The notes under the pieces are model-generated. The model saw nothing but the letters and a program-made list of their open reading frames with translations, searched no databases and had not been told where the DNA came from. Position numbers and translations under genes: made by a program. Below are positions 1 to 12,815 of a stretch of DNA of 64,000 bases, piece after piece. This DNA is from Psammoneis japonica (Eukaryota): positions 682,001 through 746,000 of the forward strand of contig QPGO01000013.1 of assembly GCA_008632985.1 (NCBI GenBank), given 5' to 3'. Within the stretch, counting starts at the first letter, position 1. Every line of letters starts with the position of its first letter.

Positions 1-1450
1 TGGTTGCGATGAACCACTCCGCTGTGAATTCACAACGCAGCATGCGTGCAGACAAAAGGTTGTTTTTGTCACGCCCTTTGTGACATTTAAAGGCTGCAAC
101 ACGTCACCGTGATACATCAACTCTTGTTGGCAGCTGTGCATTGCACTCAAGGTGAAGAGGGTCGGGCACTGACCACCGTCGTAGGATGCCAGGCTGCGAG
201 GAAGGTCGCCTGTCACAGCCTTTGCCTCATTCTCATTGAGCTCTGCCCTGGTGCCAAAGCAGGTGCAAATGATGCCACTGTTGGCCTTTTGCAGCCACAG
301 ATTCAAGTCGTGGTCCATTTCAACAGCAGGGCCATTGGGGGCACTCAAGGTGCCAATGCATCTTGTGGACGCCTTGAGGCAACACTCTTCTCATCCGAGA
401 ATGGGGCCACACCACCTGCGCACATGCAAGGATGCCGCCTTTGCCAGCCACAATGTCCATTTGTATTCGGTGCGAGACCATGTCGTGTTCGACATGCATT
501 TGCAATTCTGCCTGATTTTCTGCACTTGCAGGTGCTCACCAAACCGTCCAAGAACTGCCAAACGAGTTGGACCAGGCACCGAAAGACATTTTTGGGAAGA
601 CAGGTGGAGTGAGCACCAACGTGAGGGTGCGAGGTGAATGTCCGTGGCAGGAACCACGTCTTGAAGTCTCCACGGCAAGCACAAGGATCGTGCGGAAAAG
701 ATGAAAACACAACGATGGGAGCGTCGACATGATCTCCCAAGTCACTCACAGTGTTGCCTGCAGTGCCAGCCATCCCATGGAGGGGCGCCATTGCATCGTA
801 GTCACCTTTCTTGATGAGCTCCTTGATTGGCTCATGCATGCCTTCTTGTGACAACAGTGGGGTCTCTGGCACTGCATCTGCAAGTGGGAATGGGTTGAAC
901 AAATGCTGCTGCCAGAACGTTTTCCAAGAGTTGGGGTTTGTGACACCCACTTCATTGAGGCACTTGGTTGAGCTGCTTGCACCAACAATGATGCATTTGA
1001 TGTTTTTCACAGCTTGGGTTTCGTGAACAACAAGGTCGTGTGACTTTCCCGAGGCAGTCGTGAGAGCAACTTGGTGTCCCGCGGCGCCGCAAACACAAGC
1101 AAGCTTTGACACCGCACAGAGATGGCTGGTCATGTCATCAGAGACGATGAGAACTCGTGATGGATTTTGAGTTGAAGTGACAGTCATTTCAGCTTTTGCA
1201 CAATTCATTTTTGTTCTGTTGTCGAGGATTTTTTTGTCACCCTCCAATCCATCATGTGCAGCTTGTTGTCGTGCAGAACTGCGGGTTCGCTCACCACCCA
1301 CGCATTTTGTGAGGTTCACTTCCTGTCACAAAATGGACGCAATGCGACACTCAAGGAGTCTGAATGGCTCATAGAGAAGTGAACTTCACTCCGCGACACA
1401 CTGCACGGACGTCGCTGCCTGTGCGATTGCATTTTTCGTGTCTGGCGCCA
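1..1450. mobile_element. TpA-depleted degenerate repeat/TE block, family unassigned, truncated by window start
   Basis: Very few TA dinucleotides and Tyr-poor overlapping ORFs; ends abruptly near 1450, just before a TAGGGCCCTA/CTAG tract. CpG is partly retained. Confidence 0.55.
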
Positions 1451-1677
1451 TTACTGTAGGGCCCTACTCTAGCTAGCTAGTGTTTGTGAGAGGTTCACAC
1501 TTCACTCGGGACTGACTTTTGTACATTCATTGAAAAGATTCAGACATGAAGGATCTTTATTATCGCAATCAGAACTTCCCCCCAACCCCCCACCCGCATT
1601 CAATCAACTCACCCTTCACAAGACAAAGAACAAGAAACAAGAACTGCCAAAGATGATTCACCTTTCAGCATGACACC

Positions 1678-4600
1678 ATGATGGCTAAGAATCTCTTACG
1701 ACTGTTGTTTTCTTTAACATTGACAATTATTACTGTCTTGAATGTCTTGGCAACCGTGAATAATATCCCGGGAGACACGCCCTTGTATGAGGTCCCGTTT
1801 CTCATGTCTCATGCTTCCGCCACAGGATACCTTGGTCGAAATGACATTGATTTGTATACAAACCGACAACAAGATGATGAAACTCCCGAGGATATACTCA
1901 TAGCATGGTCCAAGACACAGATTGGCAATATAACGCAACAGTTGAATTGTGGAGCACGAGCCTTTGATTTGCACCCCCACTTGACACTGAATCTTGAATT
2001 GGCGATGCATCATGATGCCGTTGTGATTGAGTATCCCTTCAGGAGCGTTTTGGAGGAAATGAACGATTGGATGTCCCTTCGTTCTGACGAGTTAATATTT
2101 GCTCAAATCGGCCCTTGTAAGAGTGACTTGCGAGAGCTAGATGAGCTGTGCAATGAGCATGTCAAGCAAGTCTTGGAGGAAATGAACATACCGTACATTG
2201 ACGAAAATGCGTGTGTCACTCTAGAAACAATGTCTTTGGACGAGGCCAAACAAATGGGCTCTATTCTTGCCGTTTCAAAAGCATGTGTGGAACAAAACTA
2301 CAACCCAGACAATGTATGTTCGGGATACGAGTATCAATCGACCGGCGTGAGCCGCAAATTTTATTGTTGGGTCAATCTCACCAATCCTGCGTATCCCGTA
2401 AACCGATTGTTTGAGTACTTGGACACTACAGTCGAGCAACAACTTCATCATCAATTGTGGTTGGCGCAAGCCCATTGGCAGATTCAACCCGAAAGTGTCC
2501 TTGTAGGTGGCTCACACGGATCATCGATTCTCGCCGACACGCTCTACTCACGCATCAATCGATTTGTCTTTGGCAATCTGACGACACAACGGTGGAACGA
2601 CGGATTCAATTTCTTGGCTGTGGATTACGTTTGTGATCAAGGAAACAATATTGCTCTTGCACTGACAGACGATAGCATCGCTTTAGAGGATTATCCGGAC
2701 GACGTTGTCATTCATAACACAGGCATTCACGACAGCATTTTGAGGGGCGAAAGTGTCTTGTTCCCCGACGTGCCACCCAACTTTGTTGCCGAGGTTTTTC
2801 AAGACACTGTCGCTATTCGACGGCATCATGAGAATGTGAGATTTGGAAACACCAATGATATTTACGACTTGATCATGGCGGAAAACGAAGACAAGCGGCA
2901 AGAGTACCTTGTCGGAGTCTTGGGTTCCTTTATGGTCATGCCGGAGTGTTTGTCTTTTGGTAAGTACATGATTTGAGCAAAGAAAAGTTTTCTATTACTG
3001 TACGGTATATTCTAGCTAAAAGAGGAACGTTTCTCGTGCTCTCAGGGCGTGTTTGCTCTTGTACCTGAAACTGTCAAGGAGACTCGATTGGTTGGTCCCA
3101 AAGACACCTAACGATGAGCCAGAATGCATGCCAGAGGACGAGAGCTCCCGTGATGACTTTGGTGATCATACCACGGGTGTGAAGCCACGTTGCTTTCGAA
3201 AGATATGCATTGGAACAAATATGACGCGAATTCGTGTCGCTGTCTTGCTTGCTGGTGTCTTTCTTCTCGTATTTTCTGGATTGCTCATTGGTTCGGGATT
3301 CAAAGCCGTTGCCGACATGTTGGATTCAACCAGCCTTGCCGGTTAGTTGCAGATGTGACACATTTGTGGATCTGTCCTTGTGCGTACTCATGTTTGCTGT
3401 TTCCATTTGTATATATCAAGGAGATTCGTTCGCTGCTTGCGAACGCGAACCACGCGACGGACGACTTTTTAATCCAAGCGAACCAAACTGGAGAAGCAGC
3501 ACGCAACTGCTTCAATGCTGTTTTGAACAATTGTGTCTTCACTGACAACAGCCTTGGCAATGTGACTGGCATCAACGAAACGGAAATTGTAAAGAATGCA
3601 GAACGAATCTTGATCGAGCTATCCGAAGCCATACGTGGTCCTCCTCTACTAGTACCGGAAATAACCTTTATCAACCAATCCCTGACTGACGTGCAGGGGA
3701 TTCTTTTGGACGCTGAAGATCAGGTTGACAAGGTTGGCCATGCCTATCTATTTCCGATTGCGACTGCTTTTGTGCTACTGATTGATATCATGACAATTGT
3801 GTTCCAGGTTGGTGTCTTGCTCGCCTGGAAGAAGCAAATGCCTAGATTGTTTAACGACTGTACCAGCAAGGTTGCAGTTCCATTGTATATGCTTCTCATA
3901 TTTGTTGCTTATTTGCTCTCTGGCCTGGCAACTACTGGAGCGACGTTGACTGCGGATTTCTGTATTGATACTCCTGACAACCAGGTTCTCCGACTCATGC
4001 CGGTCGACCCGCCGTTTGACGAGTTTCTCGAATACTACATTAGGGTATGTACAACAATATTTGTGACGCACAGTGCTCAGACAATGCTTATCATTCGTTT
4101 GTTCTATCGTTTCTTTCGTCCCGATTCGTCAACAGGGATGCGGCAAAAGAGTCAGGCCCGAATTGCTCGTCGACGCTTTCAAGGCATCCGAAATTCTCAT
4201 TCTTTCGATCAATGATCTCTTGACAGACTTGTACAATCTCGACCGTAACTCCGTTCCGTGCAATAGTACGAGCTTTGTGTTTGCCACAATTGGTGATCTT
4301 CAGCAAGAATACAACGGCTACGTCGACATACTCTACCGTGTCTCTCAGGAAATGAATTGTGCGAAAATCAATCCAGTCTACACCTTGATCGCCTATCAAA
4401 GTAAGTTTTGACAGGATCCCGCCTGTTTTGGTTGTCAACACGTCAATGTTCTCACCTTCGAATTCCCCTTCGGCCCTTTACTTTTGCTTCACAGCAACTT
4501 GTATCAACGGATTTGATTCCTTCCGTTATATTTTTGGCTACTTTTTGGGACTGTCTCTTTGTGGCATGGCAATAGTAACGCTTCGTGTAGCATTTTATGA

Positions 4601-4784
4601 AGTGGACGACGGACAAGATGGCGCTCGTACGTGCAGTGTTCGCAGTCGTGAAGGAAAGGAGCACGCGCAGGAAGTGGACGAGGGCGTTGAAGAAATGGAG
4701 GAGGCTCACCCAGAATCAGTGTCAAAAGCGAGTTGCTCAGGGCATGGTCTTGTTGCAGTCAACATGCGGAATTCCTCTAGCTAG
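1678..4784 (+). CDS. Secreted PI-PLC X-domain-like phosphodiesterase fused to a multi-pass (Tweety/prominin-like) membrane domain; 5 exons (~1678-2959, 3046-3341, 3421-4044, 4136-4400, 4495-4784)
   Basis: Signal peptide; PLC-X-like motifs FLMSHASATGY, QLNCGARAFDLHP, MHH; GT-AG introns at 2960-3045, 3342-3420, 4045-4135, 4401-4494; several hydrophobic helices and DFC..PD / C..INP.Y / TCING motifs. Paralog at 24551. Confidence 0.75.
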
Positions 4785-5020
4785 AATAGAATAGGTCCTA
4801 CTAGTGAGGGAGGATGCGACAAAAGTGTGCCGTGCTCGCAAACCGCAAAAAGAAAATTCGTTGACTTGATCCCGTTGGAATTTTTGAGACATCACATTTG
4901 TCACACACTTCTAATACTATGGCTAGTTTCTCGAATCGAGTCTCTCTAGAGTAGAGAGCTACTCTAGCCTAGTAGCTAGAGACACATTGACTTGTCCTCT
5001 TGTCGTCTCGAGATGTGCAA

Positions 5021-5142
5021 TACTACAAATTGCAAAACAATTGCGCGATACACGTGCGCGAAGGTCGAATATCGTTGCCCGAAGCAACATTCTTCCTTCG
5101 CGCAGGCAATCACGTAGAACCACGTAGAATTTGTACCAAATG
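5021..5142 (+). repeat. Left arm of imperfect inverted repeat (partner 7367-7463)
   Basis: tactacaaattgcaaaacaattgcgcgatacacgtgc...aatcacgtagaaccacgtagaa matches the reverse complement of 7367-7463 (tactacgaattgctaaacaattgcgcgattcacgtgc...aatcacgtagaaatacgtagaa). Confidence 0.75.
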
Positions 5143-5754
5143 CCGTTGCACTTTCTTTTTTGCCTCCGACCCCAGTGCAAGTGGGGTATTGTATGAGTAA
5201 ATTGAGAAGCAACGATGGATCGGTGCAATAGCATGGAGATGAGATCAAAATGGGAATTTCAACCTTTGCTTCCAAGCAGTATGATGGATTCGTGGCGGTT
5301 TCCAAGGCACGGTATTCCGATTTTGAGGTATGATATTTATGGAAAAGTTAATGATGTGTGCATGTCATCCTTAGTTGACATTAACGGAAACATGGCTCGC
5401 CTTGATTCATTTGCAGTGTTGAGCGACGAGGAGAATGACCAGAAAGATGAGGGCAACAACACTGCCAAAGAGGATACTGAATTGAACCGAAAACGCAAAG
5501 TGAAGAGTGACGAGTCTTCTCAAACTAGTAGTCAAGACGATTTGAGCTCTACATTCATCCCATAACCGGCGCTACCCGAACTAACATTCAGGGAGGTATC
5601 AGTAACGGAGAGAATATTGTGATTCGAGTTGTGTTCAAACCGACATCCACTATTGGGCATGCATAGGTAAGAAGGATACGGCAAGAGCATATTTCTCTTG
5701 CGCACTGTATTCAATGAAGCTCGCGCTACTATTGCAATTCACTTGTCGTAACAG

Positions 5755-6011
5755 GAAACGGTCACACGAGATGGTCAGAAGGTGGAACTTTGAGGCAAGG
5801 GCGTGCTATCCCCATAGTAGAAGCCATGGTCGCGCTCACGCTGATGGATGCTCTCATGATGCAACAGGCGCAGTGTGAACTTTTTCCCAATGAGGCTGAT
5901 CAAGATGCTAAACCATACCCCAAGGGTGCAACTGCTCACCGCGATGGAGGACCTTGGGTGGTTGTCTCAGCCTCCGACGATCCGATCAGTCAACGTGTTG
6001 ACGAAGAGTAG
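5755..6011 (+). pseudogene. aroC: Chorismate synthase 3' fragment (orphan last exon)
   Basis: ETVTRDGQKVEL*GKG then RAIPIVEAMVALTLMDALMMQQAQCELFP matches the chorismate synthase C-terminus. In-frame TGA, loss of the RHDPCV motif, frameshift, no upstream part of the gene. Confidence 0.7.
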
Positions 6012-6088
6012 TGTCGATGCTATCATACGAATTATATAGACGGTAGATCCTGACTGTGCTTTTAAAGTGAAATGAATTTTGGTACTTC

Positions 6089-6445
6089 ATTAAGGTTAAC
6101 TCGGCTTCCTACGTATACGATCTAAGCCTCCTCAACTTCAAGTGATACCCTACCAGTGTTCATAGACAAGCACCATGTTATTTCTAATCGCTTAAGGCAA
6201 GGTTAGATCGGCTTTCCTATACGAACTAAGCCTCCTCAATCAACTTCAGGTGATACCCTACCATTTCATAAACAAGCTCCATGTTATTCTAATCATTTAA
6301 GGTTAACTCGGCTTTCCTATTATCTCAGCCTCCTCAATTTCAGGTGATACCCTACCCTACCAGTTCATAGACAAGCACCACATTATTTCTAATCGATAAC
6401 GCCCTGCTTAAGGTTACCTCGGCTTTCCTATGATCTTCGCCTCCA
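6089..6445 (+). repeat. Tandem repeat, ~105-bp unit, about 3.3 diverged copies
   Basis: Unit taaggttaactcggct(t)tccta...agcctcctcaa...gtgataccctacca...cata(g/a)acaagc..catgttatt(t)ctaatc recurs near 6090, 6195, 6297 and partially at 6407. Confidence 0.85.
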
Positions 6446-7366
6446 GAAGAGGCAATGAAGCACTTGGCGATGAATTCGGCCTCCTCCTGACGGGCAGCAA
6501 CAGCTTTCATCTTCTTCAATTGCTTCCTACGGCTCAAACCACGCCTACCACCAGCAGAGACTTCACGCATGCTTTCTCTGTTGCGCTTTATCTTTTCTTA
6601 CTTGGCATTGACAAGGCGTCAGTAAAGGGAGGTCGCCGTCCTGGTCACTCCAAATGATGCCATGGGAGCAAATGCCTGCGGAGAAACATCACAACGACAA
6701 AAAGTCGGAAGTTAGATTTCCTGATGATGAATGTTTTAGTAATGACAGATTGGTACACAATTGTAGGGAACAAGAGGAAGTAAAAACGACTGATGCTCGG
6801 TCAAGACCCTAGACAGTATCAAATGAACTCGACAGCGACGAACAGTGAATTGGACTGAACTGCCACATCGCAGTTGAATACTCTCCATTGAAACCACTTC
6901 CACACCATCGACAAGGGCCTAACTTACCTCGATGGAAAGAGCCATAAAGGCACCTCGGGACAGGGACCAAAAACGATGCTCCAGTGGTCCGGTGAGATTT
7001 CATCGTCGTTCGTCGTGCTTTGTTAAAGCAAAGAAGTCGTCGGCTAGCATTTAGCTCTCTGCTCTCTCTGCTGAAAATGTACATTACAAGTGTCGAGGAA
7101 ACACCTATCAAAAAAAGACTTTCTATCTTCGAGTCTGCTTCATTTTTTCGGTATCTCCGTACATTCAATCTTCTTTAGTTGCTCGATGATTTGTTGGCGA
7201 GTTGGCCCTGGAACTTCTATGATATAGTTCCTCTCGTCGTCTACTAGTAGTGTATCACCACCAGCAGCACCAGCAGCATCCTACCATAAGCGCTTCTGAG
7301 GCGAGCGCGTTGAACAGATCGCTCATGGTGACAGCGACTGCGAAAGCAGTGTGAGGTGAGATGAGT

Positions 7367-7463
7367 TTTGGTATGTTTTCTACGTATTTCTACGTGATTT
7401 GCGGCGCGAACGGTGAATGTTGCGGGCACGTGAATCGCGCAATTGTTTAGCAATTCGTAGTAG
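7367..7463 (-). repeat. Right arm of imperfect inverted repeat (partner 5021-5142)
   Basis: Reverse complement aligns with 5021-5142 apart from a ~25-bp indel. Confidence 0.75.
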
Positions 7464-7718
7464 TGACTGTACGACTTGAGGTAAATAGGCAAAATAAATA
7501 GGGCTAATAAAATACACAGTACAGTACACGGAATAAGAAAATAAAGAAGATAAGTAGGCCACGCACAGAATTTCAAAAAGCCGTCTGTCATCGGGGCCCA
7601 CATTCGAACACATATTATATAAAAATACATACATAACATGTATGTATAAGATGCAATCCAAGCATGCCATCGCATCATCATGCATCATGCATCATTCATC
7701 CATCATCCCTTGAAGCTC

Positions 7719-10661
7719 TTAAAAGCCTCGCTCCACTTGGCGTGTCCCACTCTTTGTTTGCAATAGCCACAACCTGGCCACAAGCGGCATTTTCTGCTCT
7801 TCCGGGCATGTTTCTGTTTGAACGAAACGCCCGCAATCGATTGATTCTTCAATGAATTGCTCGACCGACTCGAAGACGCCACTGGTGTCAAGTTCGGCAA
7901 AAAGTACCGTCGTGAATTCTGAATCATAGAAGACGGAGGTAGCCGTTGAATTCCATGATCCCAACATCAAAACGCGCGAGTCAATGAGGGCCATCTTGAA
8001 ATGAAGGCACAGCTCGCCCTCATTCCATGTCTTATCGCTGGACGCCGGAACGTAGATATCGACACCAATATTTAGAAGACTCATGAACGCCTTCCTGAAG
8101 AGGGAGTTGAAGAAGAACAAATCATTGGTGCTCGTAGAGTTCGTAACGAGACGGACCTTGACTCCTCTAGAGACTGCACCCGCGATGGCTCTTTCGACCG
8201 GCTCGAAAAGCTGAAAGTATCCAAAAACTAGATCGATGCTAGTCTCAGCGGTCTCGATAAGAAAGAGTAGCGTGGACAAAGTAATATCGTGGCCGTCGAT
8301 TCTCCCCGCTTTGTGATCAAGCTGAAAGATGGTAACATCACTCCCCAGATTTCTTGAAGATCTATTCGACACTTGGCGGAAAAACCTAGTTTCGCGTTCT
8401 CCGGAGTTTTGCTCCTCGTTGACATCAATGGATTGCAAGGCCACCGAATCGTCGTGATGAACAGCTTTCCCATTCTTGGCGTCATCCCTCAATGCATGGT
8501 TGATGCTTCTTCCTCCGTTCCATAATTTCTGAAGCAGCTCAACCGTTGATTCGGTGAAAGGTCCCTCGAGCGCGATATCAGCATCGTGAAATGAAAATCC
8601 TCTATTTTCTTCCATGAGAGAATAGGAATCGTCCGTATTTCTTCCACCTGTCAGCATCCAACGGTCGTCGATGAGCAAGATCTTACGGTGATTCCCAATC
8701 AAATATGCTGGAACCTTCTCCTCGTACAGGGTACTTAGCATTTTGATTTCAATGCCAGCCTCCAAAAGCCTCAAGGCAATTTCTCGGCAAACGGAAGTCT
8801 CCTGGTCGAGTTCACGCTTTGCTTCAAGGAACCTCAAGTTCACGGCATCCAGCATAACATGAACTCTCACACCTTTTCGGTGTTGCTTGATAAGTTCATC
8901 TGCGATTTGGTTTCCAATATTTCCATCGAGCGACCATGTTACCAGCCAAATATTGGACTCTGCCCTACGGATTAGCTCTATGCGCTTTTCGAAGGCAACG
9001 TCATTTTTCAGCAGGACGTTGCAGAGAGTTCCTTTGACTTCCCAATATTGCTCGTCGGTTCCAAGCTCGTCAAATACCTGAAGATAGGCTTGGAGATCAG
9101 ACGGAACTAGTCTTGAGGTATCTGCCGCCTTCGGTCCCTTCTGGATGATGCTGTTCTCCAGGTGGAACCCAAAGTAGCTGGTGCGCCAATCGCAAAACCT
9201 ACCAAAGAGAAATCCTTCATAGTGATTAGGCATAAAGATCTTGATGGCTCGGAATACTACTTTGTATCCCCAAGGATACGGGGGGGAGAACGGCCAGCCA
9301 AACTTGGCATCCTTGGGGTAAGCAATGCGTTTGACGACGATAAACGCCGCGGTGACCAGTACAATCAGGGGGCCAAAGAAGACCAAGGCTTGTACCGTAA
9401 TGGATGCACCCTTGCTTTTGGTGAAATCGATCAAGATTGTTTGAGCCTGGAAGATTCCTGCGACAATCGCTTGGACTCCAGCATTGTGGAAGACGTTGGA
9501 CCGTGCCACGAAACCGGGGGTGAAGTCCTTGAGCTTGTCCAACCAGAGCGCAAAGGCAGAGGAGAAGGTGTCACTGTAGAGGCCACCAAGAAGCAGTCCA
9601 TAAATGAAGAGACCTGCTTTTGCGGCTTTTTCTCGGTGTGCGGGTCCTTCTACGATGGCAGGGCTCACGCCAATCATTGCACAGAATACGACAGCCATAC
9701 TCGCGCATCCAGAAAGCACTCTTGTCTTGCTATCTCGGTCAGAGCCCACTTTTAGCGCAATAATGACGGATATTGTGCCACCAATGGGGAAACCAATGGC
9801 AGCAATCCAAAGGAAAGTTGGCTTGAGGCCAAAGTACTGCTCCGTAACAACGGACATGGTCCCGAATGCAAGGTTTGCAGCCGCCAACAGGATTGAGTCC
9901 AACGCGAAGTACTTGAAGACAGATGACTTGAAAAAGGACTTTACCGTCTGTATCACAGTCTCTTCTTGCCGAGCGATAGTATCGCGATCAATACGAGAAG
10001 CTGAAAGAAAGACCATGTCGGCACTGAAAAGGTAGAATCCGATTCCTGTCGCTCCGAGAATGGCTGCGCTGTACGCAGTAACAGAACCTGTGTTGGCACT
10101 AACCGAATTCACAATGGCCAAGCATATGCTTGGCAAAAGAAATCCGATACATTCAAAGGCTTGTCGAATCCTTGCAATTTGATCCAACTTGATGAAAAAT
10201 GTGTTTGTGAGGGTCTGGTAATTGACGAACCACATCGCCGTACCATAGCCACACAGACTGGCACATAGCGCCATTGACCTGAAATCTGTCGACAAGAAGA
10301 GACCAATGAAGCCCGAACTCATTGTCCCCACTGACAGACAAAAGAATCCGAGGGCTCGAAGTTTGCTACCAAAGCAGATGGTGGGAACCCAAAGAAAGCA
10401 GAGACCTGTGACGAAATCGGCAACGCTGTAAATGAGAAAGAGCATCCCAGCGGCGGCCACTCTGTATTCATTGGCCAGGACATGCTCTACCAAGAAGAGC
10501 TCTAGAGACAGACGAAATATCCTGTAGCCAGATATTGCAGCTGAAAACCTTGCTTTTTGCCACGACGAGATGCTGGTTGTCCCTGATTCTCCTCCAGTCT
10601 GCTGGCCGTGACAGGTGCCAGCAGTTGGGCTGTTGTTTGCTTGGTTCATCAATGGTTTCAC
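7719..10661 (-). CDS. MFS-like transporter fused to a phospholipase D / cardiolipin synthase-like domain (980 aa, intronless)
   Basis: The N-terminal ~440 aa hold about 12 hydrophobic helices. The C-terminal half has two HKD motifs (HRKILLIDD...TGGRN and HFKMALIDS...LGSWN) plus cls-like RIELIRRAESNI and GVKVRLVTNS. Confidence 0.85.
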   Translation of the reverse strand: MKPLMNQANNSPTAGTCHGQQTGGESGTTSISSWQKARFSAAISGYRIFRLSLELFLVEHVLANEYRVAAAGMLFLIYSVADFVTGLCFLWVPTICFGSKLRALGFFCLSVGTMSSGFIGLFLSTDFRSMALCASLCGYGTAMWFVNYQTLTNTFFIKLDQIARIRQAFECIGFLLPSICLAIVNSVSANTGSVTAYSAAILGATGIGFYLFSADMVFLSASRIDRDTIARQEETVIQTVKSFFKSSVFKYFALDSILLAAANLAFGTMSVVTEQYFGLKPTFLWIAAIGFPIGGTISVIIALKVGSDRDSKTRVLSGCASMAVVFCAMIGVSPAIVEGPAHREKAAKAGLFIYGLLLGGLYSDTFSSAFALWLDKLKDFTPGFVARSNVFHNAGVQAIVAGIFQAQTILIDFTKSKGASITVQALVFFGPLIVLVTAAFIVVKRIAYPKDAKFGWPFSPPYPWGYKVVFRAIKIFMPNHYEGFLFGRFCDWRTSYFGFHLENSIIQKGPKAADTSRLVPSDLQAYLQVFDELGTDEQYWEVKGTLCNVLLKNDVAFEKRIELIRRAESNIWLVTWSLDGNIGNQIADELIKQHRKGVRVHVMLDAVNLRFLEAKRELDQETSVCREIALRLLEAGIEIKMLSTLYEEKVPAYLIGNHRKILLIDDRWMLTGGRNTDDSYSLMEENRGFSFHDADIALEGPFTESTVELLQKLWNGGRSINHALRDDAKNGKAVHHDDSVALQSIDVNEEQNSGERETRFFRQVSNRSSRNLGSDVTIFQLDHKAGRIDGHDITLSTLLFLIETAETSIDLVFGYFQLFEPVERAIAGAVSRGVKVRLVTNSTSTNDLFFFNSLFRKAFMSLLNIGVDIYVPASSDKTWNEGELCLHFKMALIDSRVLMLGSWNSTATSVFYDSEFTTVLFAELDTSGVFESVEQFIEESIDCGRFVQTETCPEEQKMPLVARLWLLQTKSGTRQVERGF

Positions 10662-11549
10662 GTCTGGATCCAGAGAGAAAGAGGGTTGTTCGCGATTACT
10701 CTAGACTCTCCAGAGAAGGCCTTCTGCCTTGATTGTGGCGTGTCAAATCAAAAACATACAACAGCCGCAGTCGTACGGTGCCGTAAACAGATTGTGATCA
10801 CCATCTGATCTGATCTACTTGAAGTTCTGTACAATCGTACTAGGTGTATTGTACGTACGATTCTACAGCCTTTTTGTTCCGCGACAACCTTGTGTAGAAT
10901 CGTACCGCTATGGTTCGTAGGACCGAACGGAAAGAAGAATTGTACTAAACATTCGTACCATTCAAGTAGTAGTACGAACGCAAATAGTCGTGATGTACAG
11001 TGCAAGTACCCATTATTTATTTTATTTTACTCTTGATCCTCCAGGCGTCACATAATCAACCAATACTTATACGGTTACAATAAAATGTCAACTAAATGAA
11101 GCCGGCTCTTCTGCTAGTCTAATGCGCTGCTATCTCTCTCAACCTTACAGTTCATAGTACTAAATAGCTAGAGAGAGCCGGCCTAGAGGTAGGCAACAGG
11201 TACTTACATATTGTTCACTTGTCCTGTTAAGACCGGTTTGTCCCCCTCACTCATTTCTCCTCGCAGCGGATACCGTACTAATCGTGTATGCCGGGCTAAA
11301 GCCATTTTCACCGGTAACGAAGTTTTACTATCTAATTTTAGGACATTTCAGAAAGCGTTCTGTCCTGCCTCTCAAACCCGGCGCGCGAGATCTCTGCCAA
11401 ATAATGCGTGTGTGTAGAAATGCCGGCACGCACCATATGGATCACGCAGAAACTTTGTAACCGGCGGACTCAACCGGTCCCGCTGCCCGGCTCAACAGTC
11501 AACCGGTCCCATCGGCTGACTGCCGTAAGATGCTGAGCGACACACAATT

Positions 11550-12815
11550 GTGCCTGCCTCTAAAGAACAACAAAATGCCATGAGTCATTTTTAAAAATTG
11601 ATTGCCCAGCTTTTCATTCACCATCAGAGAGGTGAAAAAGAGTGCACCAGTCACAGGGCATCATTTGGTGCTTTGACCGAGCAAGTGTGCTCTCAGATTC
11701 GTTGCACCGGCACATCACTGGTTGAAGTGCACACTCACTTGTTGGCAGTTGACCTTTTTCATTTGTGCTCCACATTTTCATTTGGCCTGCACACGATCAT
11801 TGCCCACGGCCAAAACCACCCATTTTTCACATTCCCAACAATGTCCGTGCCACCAGCCTGGCATCGCTTTGTTGAAATCTTTGCAGTTGCATTTGATTGT
11901 TGCCCTGAACATTTCCGTTCAGCAATTTTTTGAAAATGTCATTGAAATTTTTGCATTCGATGTTTTCACGTTGGAATGCTGACATGCTCAGTTGTCAGGA
12001 CAGTGCAAAGAGCAAGGCGACCACAAATCCACTTGGCTCGCTGAGTGAAGCGACTTGCATTGTAATTTGTTTGTCCTCTCTGCAACACTTCCAAGTTTTG
12101 CTGCAAGTTTTGCTAGGGAGTTGTGATGTTGTGGATGGCCGTTGATCAAAAGGCTGGCGGAGACATCATCAAGGTAAGAGATCGCATCAAACGAGAAGCT
12201 TTTCTGAGTCGCACTTGTGCTTGGCACAAAACAACCAGACAAAACAGGCACACTGCACAAAAACAAGTTTTGCTGCAAGCTTCATTGGAGAATTGATGTT
12301 GAGCAAGATTCAAAACTCACACCAGCAGCATGGCCATTTCCAATGACACAGGGGCGGAACAAGACGAGGGAGTGATTCTCAGGTCTGATGGGTGTCATGA
12401 ACAAGCTTGAGAGCATCGCCAACAAGGGGCTCATGGAAAAGGAGGCCATTGCAAAGAAGAGAAAGTGTGCAAGGTTGCTCAAGCACTTTGTCCTGAGCAA
12501 CTTGAGCCCAGCAAAGGAGGGCACAGAGACGATGCAGGGCACCAACAAGGAAGAGCAAGGGATGGTGGCCGAGAGCCAAGAACAAGTCCTTTGAGGAGCT
12601 GGTCATGGAGATCAAATGCAACATCATGAGTGAATGACTTGGTTGATGGGAAAATTTTGTGCAGAACAATTTCAGCCAGCCGTGCAAAACAAGCGGGGGG
12701 AGGACTTGATGACTTGGGGCCTGCTCCAGCTTCAGGTGATGCGCTGGGATTCGATTCCCATCACCGGCCATTTTTGCATTTAGAAGGGCAAGTGCACACA
12801 AAACATTTGTTTTTT
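11550..12815. mobile_element. TpA-depleted degenerate element, left part (host of the Copia insertion)
   Basis: Nearly TA-free; similar sequence resumes after the Copia TSD at 19704-20085. No family motif recognised. Confidence 0.5.

Noticed and set aside
5215..5565. 116-aa ORF
   Set aside because: No motif and a low-complexity acidic tail; cannot be supported as a gene.
6089..6445. CRISPR-like array (also 41715-42200)
   Set aside because: Whole units repeat without unique spacers, there are no cas genes, and the context is eukaryotic.
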